A stretch of 64,000 bases of DNA from Octopus sinensis. Its lineage: Eukaryota. The DNA is taken from contig NC_042997.1 in the NCBI RefSeq assembly GCF_006345805.1, forward strand, positions 210,118,001-210,182,000, read 5' to 3'. The notes under the pieces were generated by a model. It saw nothing but the letters and a program-made list of their open reading frames with translations. It had not been told where the DNA came from and ran no database searches. The translations under genes were made by a program, and so were the position numbers. Below, piece after piece: positions 48,076 through 59,057 of this stretch; within the stretch, counting starts at the first letter, position 1; each line of letters begins with the position of its first letter.

Positions 48076-48198
48076 AAAATTTAACCTTTAAAGGTATTTT
48101 TTTAATATGCTGGCCATTGATGAAATTTTTTCAAAAATTTTATCCTATATTAGATATATATATATATATGTATATATATATGTATATATATATATATG

Positions 48199-48245
<47 letters not shown>

Positions 48246-48336
48246 GTATATAGATATATGTATATATATATATATGTATATATATATCATCATCATCATC
48301 ATATATATATATATTATATATATATATATATATATT

Positions 48337-48668
48337 ATGGTTTATAGTCATTTAAAAGAAAGTAAGAAAATCAAGATATATAACATTTAATAAAAATTTA
48401 TTATCTGCAAAAATCAAACATGCTGCCTTACAGCTGTTTCAATTAAGCCTAATAGATTAAATAGTAACTAATAAAGTCATTATATGAGGTAAGAGCTTTT
48501 GCCTAATATAACGATTTTATTGATTTTATTAATTACTATTTAATCTATTAGGCTTAATTGAAACAGCTGTAAGGAACCACATTGGTTTTTCGAAGATAAT
48601 AAGTTTTTATTAAATGTTATATATATCGCAATTTTCTTACTTTCTTTTTTTGAATGACTATGAACCAT
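48337..48668. repeat. Inverted repeat with about 145-bp arms (hairpin 2), Penelope-end-like; the same family lies at 19681-19925
   Basis: Arms about 48337-48479 / 48521-48668 share ccttacagctgtttcaattaagcctaatagattaaatagtaa and its reverse complement. Confidence 0.85.
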
Positions 48669-48906
48669 GACTTATATATAAACCTATTGTTTTATGAATA
48701 ATATTATTATTCACAACAAATATTAGGTATTAAAACCAGTAATTCATTGGATGATACCATCCCTTAATGAGGCTAATTCAACTTCTAATTGAATTTATAT
48801 ATATATAAATAAAAAAAATGAAGAACAAACACAAAAACAAAACAACAACAGTAGGATGTGGTACATGTAAAGTATTCGCAGACGCTCGGGGAAGGAAAGA
48901 AAGGTG

Positions 48907-48941
48907 GTTTTATGTTTCGAGCAAAGCTCTTCTTCAGAAAC
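48907..48941 (-). ncRNA. Decayed minimal type I hammerhead ribozyme motif (family B)
   Basis: Minus strand GUUU-CUGAAGA-A-GAGC-uuu-GCUC-GAA-ACAU-A-AAAC; homologue at 54421-54454. Confidence 0.5.
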
Positions 48942-49414
48942 AGGAGACAGAGGAAAGTCCAAGAGAAAAGGAAGATGGAGGGAAAAAAATCGCCAATGAT
49001 TTACATGTGGTTACATTTTGAAATATATATAAAATTCTTTTATATGGTGTGATGATGGGGGTTGCTATCTCTAAATAACATATATTTCCTCATTGAGAAT
49101 AATTCATTTTATCTGAACCCCTGTGATGCCGGAATTTTTATTCCCTAGTAAATAAAATATATATATATATATAAACATCAGATATGCTTTGCTCCATGCA
49201 GAAACTGCAGGATCTACTGAGAGGTTTTGGCAGCTCTTCAAAACCTATTGCCATGCTATATACTTTGCTATTTCACTCCTATGTTCGAACTCCTTATGCA
49301 TCTGCTTCAGAACGAGGCGTGATCCGAGTAGAGGCCAGTGATAAGGAATTAAAATGACAAAGAGGAAGAAACTATAATATGAAGTCTATTGGTTTACAAC
49401 TAATTTTGACAATT

Positions 49415-49499
49415 ACACTGTCTGATGAAGCTTTAGTGTGACACATAAGCATTCAACTGTTAGTGCATTACGTCCTATAGCAGAAACAGCTGTAAGCTA
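49415..49499 (+). ncRNA. Decayed type I hammerhead ribozyme motif (family C)
   Basis: CTGATGA 49422-49428, GAAAC 49483-49487, palindromic ACAGCTGT then A; homologue at 53971-54053(-). Confidence 0.5.
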
Positions 49500-51539
49500 A
49501 TGGAGTTCACAAAACAATTTCTTGTCCCTTGTCATTTTAATTTCTTATACACACACACACACATGTATATATATATATAAAACCACTCTGATGAGCGGTT
49601 GGTGTTTGGAAGGGCATCCAGCTGTAAAAATGACTCCAAAATAGTCACAGAAGTCTAGTGCAGGCTTCTGCCTGGCTGACTCCTGTCAAACCATCCCACC
49701 CATGCCAACATGGAAGGTGGCCGTTAAATGATGATGATGATGATGATAGCAATACATTTGGCACTGTGAGCTATTCTCTGACTGGACTCTATCCCCCACG
49801 TCCTCACTTCAGTGCTGCCAAACACCACTAAGGAATGTCCAGATTTTTTTGGCCCACCCTGTAACATGCATTTTTTAATCCTCCATCAGCCATACAGTCA
49901 CCACCACCACCACCTGGGTGCCTCTGTAACCACTATAAACACCCAACAACTATTTGGTTTTACGATTTGAACTTACCCAGCCATGACACTTCTCTTTTCT
50001 CTAACTTGAGGGGTTACACCCTCACTCATCTTCATCACCATCTTCTTTCTTTTCCAGCTGAGGTAATAACCATGTATCTCTTTCTCAGCAAGAAATCCTG
50101 TTCCTCTCCCCGCCATTATACATTAGCCCCTAATCACCCCATGTCCTCACTTGAGGGACCTTATCTTGCATGCTACATCCTGACCTTGTTAGTGCCGGTT
50201 CCACATAAAATGTCGCTCAGTGCATTCTGTGAGGTGGTTAGCATTAGGAAGGGCATCCAGCCATAGAAACCCTGCCGAATCAAGCTGGAGTTTGGTGCAG
50301 TCCTGTCGCTCCCAGGCTCCTGTCAAATTACTCAACCCACGCCAGCATGGAAAGCAGATACCAAATGATGATGCTGATCTGGACTCCATCCTTAAAATTT
50401 TCTTCCCTCTCCCTCAGCTTCAGACATTCTCTCTTGGGTCTCTCATATCCAAGAACAAGCACATTCTCTGAGGCCCCCTTTCATTTATGAGTCTCTGCTC
50501 TGCTGTCCTTCCTGTGTCTGATACCAACAAACTGGAACTTAATGGACTCTAGCAACAACAGTCACTCAGCATCAGTCTTCTGCCATTCTTGCTTCTCCCA
50601 TCACTCCCTAATTCCTTTTTAGGCCCCTTTATTTATATATAATCATCGTTGTCATCATCAGCTCCATTACAGCCAATCTTACTAATCCGTTTTGCACACA
50701 CATATTAGATAACTGGATGGTTATGTAATATGTGTGCTCTTTCCAGATACGGAAAAAATATGGCCATATTTTTTCCACATTTGCCATCTCAGAAAGCACG
50801 TTGGTAAGATCAGCTGTAATGGGTCTATAATACTGTAAACATTGATCAATATGCACACTCTGTTGATAAATATACAAATGGCTATTTTTCTCAACTCATA
50901 CATTCTAGACAACTATATATTACATATATGTATGTGTGTGTATATATATATATGTTTGTATAAATGTATATATGTATGTATATGTATGTATATATGTCTG
51001 TATGTATATATCTATGTATGTATGTATATATGTATGTATGTATGTATATATCTATGTATATATATATGTTTGCAGCATGGCCGCAGTCAAATGACTGAAA
51101 CAAGTAAAAGAGTATATATATGTATGTATATATATATCTATGTTTGTATGTGTGTATATATATATATATATAAATGTATATATATGTATGTATATCTATG
51201 TGTATGTATATATTTATGTGTATATATATGTGTGCATATATGTATGTGTGTATAACGATGATCATGATAAGAATGATGATAATTAAGATAATGACAACAA
51301 TAAAAATGATGATAGTGTGGATGACAATGATGGTAATGACAACAACAATGATGATGATGATGATGATGCATCCATGCAATAGTGTGTTTAAACATTCTCA
51401 GAGATTCTTGTTTTTCAGGTGACAAAAAAAAAAGGTGAATGGTGTAACTTGTTTAAGAGATTCATGAACTCAGGTTGTTTGTCTGTCACATTATTCAGTT
51501 TACCTTTGTCAGATTTGGTTCACTGATAATGGAATGGTA

Positions 51540-52020
51540 TTTTTGGTCAGTATTTATAGAATTACAACTTTTTGGAGGTTTGAATCAAAATGTTATACTT
51601 CTCAGCCTGACATAAGATGCATTTCTTTCTTTTGATGGAATATGATGTTGCTTACAATAGTCCAATTTATAGGAATATGGTCAGTTCTACTCACTATCAA
51701 TTTCCAGATATATTGAGATAGGGAAGTGGAAAGTATCCTTCTTCTAGAACAGATGGAATGTGTCTGCTGTCTATGTCTGATTTTGAATGTGTTTCCCGTG
51801 AGCCCTATGTAGTTCTTTTCGGTATCATTTATGGATGTTATTTTCGGACTGTGTACAAGCTTCTTTGTGAGACATTTGTCTTTAAGTGTACAGAACTGGT
51901 CCTGTTGCAGTTTCGTTCTTGTGAATGGATTGAAGTGTTTCCACTTGCTTAACTTGGATTATGGTTGGGTTTTTAGGCCATGATGTTTTACAAGCAATTG
52001 TAGCTCACTCTTAAATGTTG
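51540..52020 (-). mobile_element. Penelope-like element GIY-YIG endonuclease relic
   Basis: KCLTKKLVH...KNYIGLTGNTFKIRHRQQ...TSLSQYIWKL...INWTIV then a frameshift to KCILCQAEKYNI; YIG at 51803-51811. Confidence 0.75.
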
Positions 52021-52749
52021 CTTTCTTTATTAAAGTCCATATTTGCAACTGGTAGGGAAATTTTCTCTCTTTTTTGTCACTTGCAGGAGTGGCTGTGTGG
52101 TAAGTAGCTTGCTAACCAACCACATGGTTCTGGGTTCAGTCCCACTGCGTGGCATCTTGGGCAAGTGTCTTCTGCTATAGCCCCGGGCCGACCAATGCCT
52201 TGTGAGTGGATTTGGTAGACGGAAACTGAAAGAAGCCTGTCGTATATATGTATATATATATATATATGTGTGTGTTTGTGTGTCTGTGTTTGTCCCCCTA
52301 GCATTGCTTGACAACCGATGCTGGTGTGTTTAGGTCCCCGTCACTTAGCGGTTCGGCAAAAAGAGACCGATAGAATAAGTACTAAAAGGTGGTGCTCCAG
52401 CATGGCCGCAGTCAAATGACCGAAACAAGTAAAAGAGTAAGAGTATAGGAAATTTTTAGTTATGTCCAAAGCTTTGTCCATACCACCCGTATAGTTTCTT
52501 GATTATACTACACCATACAGTTTATTCTACAACATTTGATGAATGTGTGATTGTAGGAGAGAGGGCACCACCCTGAATATACCCCTCTCACTGGATAGAT
52601 TCGTAGTTCTTCTACAAGGGTTTGGTAGGAATGTATCATAAGAGTGTGCCCAACATAAAGTGCTGGTAGACAAGCGGTGGAGCAACATGGAAAGGGGGCA
52701 GGAAGGCAAGACAAGGTAAGATTACCTTGCAGTATAGATTGATGTGCGT

Positions 52750-53134
52750 GGAGGCGCAATGGCCCAGTGGTTAGGGCAGCGGACTCGCGGTCGTAGGATC
52801 ACGGTTTCGATTCCCAGACCGGGCGTTGTGAGTGTTTATTGAGCAAAAACACCTAAAAAGGTCCACGAGGCTCCGGCAGGAGATGGTGGTGATCCCTGCT
52901 GTACTCTTTCACCACAACTTTCTCTCACTCTTACTTCCTGTTTCTGTTGTACCTGTATTTCAAAGGGCCGGCCTTGTCACTCTCTGTGTCATGCTGAATA
53001 TCCCCAAGAACTACGTTAAGGGTACACGTGTCTGTGGAGTGCTCAGCCACTTACATGTTAATTTCACGAGTAGGCTGTTCCGTTGGTCGGATCAGCCGGA
53101 ACCCTCATCGTCATAACCGACGGAGTGCTTCCAC
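52750..53134 (+). mobile_element. tRNA-derived SINE family C with 11-bp target-site duplication
   Basis: Same head and body; TSD agattgatgtg at 52736-52746 and 53135-53145. Confidence 0.88.
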
Positions 53135-53970
53135 AGATTGATGTGAACAGCTAGCAGTTAAGTGCAGCCATGAAATAAAGTCTTTGAAATGCTTAGAGGG
53201 TTCCATGGAAGTAGTTGATAGCTTTTGTTATGTTGGTGACCTAATTAACAGTTATTAATTATCTAATTAGCAGTGAAGGGGGGTGCTGTGAAAATAGAGT
53301 AACTAGAATAAGAACATGATTCTCTCTTTCTATGAGGTTGAGAAGCAAACTTCTTATCACAAGCCAAGCCCGCATACACACACACATACATATATATATA
53401 TAGGCATAGGAGTGGCTGTGTGGTAAGTAGCTTGTTTACCAACCACATGGTTCCAGGTTCAGTCCCACTGCATGGAACCTTGGGCAAGTGTCTTCTACTA
53501 TAGCCTCGGGCAGACCAAAGCCTTGTGAGTTGATTTGGTAGACAGAAACTGAAAGAAGCCCATCGTATATATATATATGTGTGTCTGTGTTTGTCCCCCT
53601 AGCATTGCTTGACAACCGATGCTGGTGTGTTTATGTCCCCGTTACTTAGAGGTTTGGCAAAAGAGACCGATAGAATAAGTACTGGGCTTACAAAAGAATA
53701 AGTCCCGGGGTCAAGTTGCTCGATTAAAGGCGGTGCTCCAGCATGGCCGCAGTCAAATGACTGAAACTAATAAAAGAGAGAAAGAGTAAAGAGTATATGC
53801 GTGTGTATATATTATTGCTCCACTGTCATTGAGTTCTGTTACTAATCATTTAGATAGAAAAATGATTTTCTATACATCCATGACATATTTACACCTTTAA
53901 CTACGATGCACATGCACACATTTGAAATTAAATAAATGACAAATGGACAGGAGTGTGCAATGAACTTCAT

Positions 53971-54053
53971 AAGCTTACAGCCGTTTCTGCTATCAGATGC
54001 AGTACACTCCTACTTGAGTGCTTGTGTATCACCGTATGGCTTCATTGGAGCTT
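53971..54053 (-). ncRNA. Decayed type I hammerhead motif (family C, second copy)
   Basis: AAGCU-ccaauga-A-GCCAUA...UGAUAGC-A-GAA-ACGGCUGU-A-AGCUU: stem I intact, core mutated. Confidence 0.45.
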
Positions 54054-54057
54054 CAAA

Positions 54058-54119
<62 letters not shown>

Positions 54120-54420
54120 ATCTGTCTGTTTATATTTTTATTTATATATACATATATGGCCTTGTATCTCAAGTGTGGTGGCCATACTGGGGCACCATCA
54201 TTAGCTTTGCTACACTTTCACTGCTTGTAAACTCCTCTGATATGTGGCATTTGGTGAATGAGGGAGTTTGATGTTGTATGTGTGTGTATATATATATTTT
54301 AGATAGCTATATTAATATTTAGTTGGAATTTACAAAAAAAACAAACAAAACAAAAGACAAAGACAGGTGTGTAAGCAACAAACAGATGTATTAGTTTAAC
54401 ACTCGAAAAGTGAGGAAGTC

Positions 54421-54454
54421 TTTAACATTTCGAGCCTACGCTCTTCGACAGAAT
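54421..54454 (-). ncRNA. Decayed minimal hammerhead motif (family B, second copy)
   Basis: auu-CUGUCGA-A-GAGC-guag-GCUC-GAA-AUGU-U-AAA. Confidence 0.4.
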
Positions 54455-54849
54455 GGAACACGGAAATAAACAGGGAGAGAAAATAAAAAGGGTTTAGTGG
54501 CTAGCGATGTATCATGGCGAATGTTTATATGTATTCATGTATCATCATCATCATCATGTACATATTTGTATATTTCTGTATGTATGTGTATACTTGCATA
54601 TACTTGTGTGTATATGTATATATGTATGTATAGATAGATAGATATGTAGGTGTTTATATATATATATATATATAGGTAAGTAGATGATGAATATTATTTC
54701 TGGAATTTTCTTTGGAATCTCTGGTTGACATTGGTAGCTGAAACAGCCATAAGCAATGTCAAAGTTTGTTTGTTGATCAAAAGTTTTCCCCATTTACTGC
54801 TTATTTTAAATTTTATATATGTGGGTATATATATATATACATATATATA

Positions 54850-56150
54850 TACAAGGGAGAGTCAAAAATTATACAAATTCTTGTTTTCAATGTTATCATT
54901 ATCGTTGTGTAACGTCCGCTTTCCATACTGGCATGTGTTGGACGGTTTGACTGAGGACTGGCAAGCCAGAAGGCCGCACCAGGCTCCAATCTGATCTGGT
55001 AGAGTTTCTACAGCTGGATGCCCTTCCTAACACTAACCCCTCCTAGAGTGTAGTGGGTGCTTTTATGTGCCACCGGCACAAGAGCCAGTCAGGTGGTACT
55101 GGCAACAACTACGCTCAAAGGTGTTTTTTACGTTCCACCTGCACAGGAGCCAGTCCGGTGGCACTGGCAACAACCATGCTCAAATGTTGTTTTTCATGTG
55201 CCAGTAAGGTGACGCTGACAACGATCACACTCAAATGGTGCTTTTTACATGCCACCAGCACAGGAGCCAGTCAGCGGCCCTGGCAAGGATCACGTTTGGA
55301 TGGTTCTTTAAATGTTTCACTGGCATGAGTACTGTCATCGGCCACTTCAGCGATTTTGATTTCACTTGCCTCAACAGGTCTTCACAAGCAAAGTTTATTG
55401 TCCAATGAATGAAGGGTACTCATAAGTGGGCTGGTTATACACCACTGGCATAGGCCATGGGTTATGGTCTCACTTGGCTTGCCGGGTCTCCTCAAGCACG
55501 GCATATCTCCAAAGGTCTCGGTCTCTGTATTTATACAAAAGCAGGGCATAAACAAGTACGCCATATTTCTATAAAGTCTTCTTCCTTTCCGATGCACTTG
55601 GTCCAACTCTCCATAATCTTGCATGTTCCCTCCAAGAAGAAGGTTTCCGGTTGGTCGGGCAGCCATTTATGCACCGCTTCCTTCACATCTTCACCTGTAG
55701 AAAATTGACGACCTTGTAAACCATCTTTGCATGGTGCAAAGATACGATAGTCAGAAGGGGTGAGATCTGGGTTGTAGGCAGGGTGTTCCAGCACCTCAAA
55801 ACCCAAATGGTTAATGGTTTCAAAGGTCTGGGCGGCCGTGTGTGGACATGCATTGTCATGCAACAACAAAACTTTCTTAGCCAATAGACTTCGGCCTTTG
55901 GTGTAAATTGCTGGCTTCACTTTGTACATTGCATTGCATCTGGCACTGGTGATTGTACACCCCTTTTCTAGGTAGTCTTCCAGTATAGGCCCTTTTGAGT
56001 CCCAAAAAAGGGTTAGCATCACCTTTCCCACAGAAGACTGAGTCTTGAATTTCTTCACCACTGGCAAGCCAGGATGTTTCTACCCCATACTCTGTCTTTT
56101 GGATTCTGACACATAAAGATGGACCCACGTTTCATCTCCTGTGACTACCC
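54850..56150 (-). mobile_element. Mariner (DD34D) transposase relic with 3' TIR, interrupted by an RTE-tail insertion
   Basis: [10 protein letters not shown] at about 56115-56148, VMLTLFWDSKG, LLHDNA-(34 aa)-PDLTPSDY; TIR tacaagggagagtcaaaaattat at 54850-54872; frameshift before ORF 55531-56067. Confidence 0.88.
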
Positions 56151-56158
56151 TGCTCAAA

Positions 56159-56363
56159 AATACATATACATATACATACATATATATATACATATACATA
56201 CATATACACATATATATCTATACATATATATCTATACATATATATATCTATACATATATATATATATATCTATACATATATTATCTATACATATATATAT
56301 CTATACATATATATATATATATCTATACATATATATATCTATATCTATACATATATATATATA

Positions 56364-56395
<32 letters not shown>

Positions 56396-56938
56396 CTATA
56401 CATATATATATATATATATCTATACATATATATATATATATATATATCTATACATATAATATATATACATATATATAATATATACATATATATATATATT
56501 ACATATATATATACATATCTATATACATATCTATACATATATATATACATATCTATATACATATCTATACATACATATATATATACATATCTATACATAC
56601 ATATATATATACATATCTATACATACATATATATTATACATATCTATACATACATATATATATACATATCTATATACATATATATATATACATATCTATA
56701 CATATATATATATATATATCTATACATATATAATATATATCTCTATACATATATATATATATATATCTATACAATATATATATATATATCTATACATATA
56801 TATATATATATCTATATACATATATATATATATAATCTATACATATATATATATATATATATTATACATATATATATATATATATATCTATAATATATAT
56901 ATATATATATATTACATATATATATATATATATATCTA

Positions 56939-56976
<38 letters not shown>

Positions 56977-57047
56977 TATACATATATATATCTATACATA
57001 TATATATCTATACATATAATATCTATACATATATATATCTATACATA

Positions 57048-57086
<39 letters not shown>

Positions 57087-57220
57087 TCTATATATATATA
57101 TATATATATACATATATCTATACATATATATATATATCTATACATATATTATATATATATATATATCTATACATAATATATATATATATATATATCTATA
57201 CATATACATATATATATAAG
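56159..57220. repeat. About 1-kb AT-rich satellite (TA)n with recurring ctatac spacers
   Basis: atatatatctatacatatat repeated with a variable TA count. Confidence 0.95.
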
Positions 57221-58304
57221 CATGTGTGTCATTGTGTATGTCTATGTACATATGTGTGTTTGTGTGCTATGTGTGTGTATATATCCACACAGATATTATT
57301 TATTTATTTATTAGTGTGTAAGAGAGAGAAAGGGCCAGTGTGTACAATAATAACCATAAACCAGATTTTTTCCCCCTCTAAATGCAACATGACTCTGAAG
57401 TGTATTTTAATTGCCTCTACTAATTACCTACACTAATTATTATAATTCTATTTACAGCTTGTTCTTATTGGATTGTTTGTTTTTTTTAATTAAACGGAAA
57501 TGAACCTTTTCAAAATGTGTCTCTGTTAATCTATTACTGCTCTTGTTTGACTCTTTATCAGCCCCAGTTTCAGCATCCCTTTGGTCAATGCATCTTCAGT
57601 CTCTCACTCTGCTGTCTTCTCAGTATGTCAGGTGCAAACACCTGTGCACTCTCTGATGTGGCCTTTCGTTGACGAGCTTTTTACAAAAAAAGAAAAAGGA
57701 AAGAGAAATGTTGAAGAGTCTTTATATTTCAAGCATAACAACCCATCATCAGGAATGAATAAGGAAAAGAAATGAGTCTGTACCAGCAGTTCTCAACAGT
57801 GACTCCCAGGGCCACATATGGCTCTCCAGCATCCTTCCTTCTATAAATATAATAACTTTTTTCATTAATTCAGTGCAGGTGCCACTTAAAAGCATCCAGT
57901 CTACACTGTAATGTGGTTGGCATTTGGAAGGGCTCCCAGCTGTAATAACCTTGCCAAAACTGACCTCCTTTGTGCTTGTGCCACGTAAAAAGCACTAAGT
58001 CCACTCTGCTGAGTGTTTGGTGACAGGAAGAGCATCCAGCTGTAAAAATTCTGCTGAAACAATCACAGAACTCTGGTGTAGACTTCTGCCTGGTCGGCTA
58101 ATTCCATCAATTCACTCCCTTTCAGAAGCAGAAACCAGTTAACCCACCTACCACTGGAAACTCATCACTTGTCAGAAGACAAACCTCCAGCCAAATAATA
58201 AATTTTAGTATTGCCATCATCAATGTGGCCATAATGAAAGATTGAATCTAGAGAAAGGATAGAGAACAACTGGGGCAGGAGGCATGTAGATTTGTGTGTG
58301 GTGA

Positions 58305-58480
58305 AGGAAGCCCCCCAGGTTGTATCATTGACAGATTACCAATCAAAGTCTATTTTCGCAATGAAATGACTGGGGGGGGTGCAAAATGACCCCAGTTGCT
58401 CCCCAAACAGGTTGGTATCTTTATCTCCCTGCCCACCTAACATCATCATCATTACCACTAGGCACCAAACTATCATTTAA
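58305..58480. repeat. About 180-bp dispersed repeat, second copy at 62921-63120
   Basis: ccccaggttgtatcattgacagattaccaatcaaagtc...caccactaggcaccaaactatcatttaatt shared at high identity; family unknown. Confidence 0.8.
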
Positions 58481-59057
58481 TTAAGTTTAAATTACAAGGG
58501 AAGTCCAAAAAAAAATCAAAATCAAAATCAAACCAAATCAAATCAGATATCAGAAAGCAGAATCAAAATCGATATTGATCAACATCAATGGAAATTGCAG
58601 CTGTGATACCAGTGCCGGTGACAAGTAAGTGAACCATCCGATCGTGGCCGTTGCCAGCGCCGCCCCAACTGGCCTCCGTGCCGATGACACGTAAAAAGCA
58701 CCATCCCTTCATGGCCGTTGCCAGCCTCGCCTGGCCCCCATGCCGGTAGCATGTAAAAAGCACCATCCGTTCGTGGCCATTGCCAGTCTCGCCTGGCCCT
58801 CGTGACGGTGGCACGTAAACAGCACCATCCGTCCGTGGCCGTTTGCCAGCTCCGTCTGGCACCAGTGCGGGTGGCACGTAAAAAGCACCCACTACACTCA
58901 CGGAGTGGTTGGCGTTAGGAAGGGAATCCAGCTGTAGAAACACTGCCAGATCAGGCTGGGCCTGGTGCAGCCTTCTGGCTTCACAGACCCCAGTTGAACT
59001 GTCCAACACATGCTAGCATGGAAAGCGGACGCTAAACGATGATTATGATGATGATGA

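Noticed and set aside
49588-49620. CTGATGAG as another hammerhead core
   Set aside because: It is a mutated part of the RTE-tail element, with no stem II or GAAA following
50721-50912. Cytochrome P450-like WKKYGHIFSV peptide on the minus strand
   Set aside because: The same peptide appears on both strands because of a 26-bp DNA palindrome; no other P450 motifs nearby
52750-52825. Possible tRNA gene (also 24576 and 40469)
   Set aside because: The tRNA-like head runs into a shared 300-bp body, with TSDs at two copies, so these are SINEs; no clean cloverleaf or terminator
56141-56893. 250-aa Tyr/Ile ORF, and the 250-410 aa ORFs at 61250-62491
   Set aside because: Translations of TA-rich and 11-bp satellites
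58610-58890. CRISPR-like look: a hairpin-containing repeat alternating with spacers
   Set aside because: The spacers are homologous to each other and the block is an internal module of a dispersed eukaryotic retroelement; no cas genes
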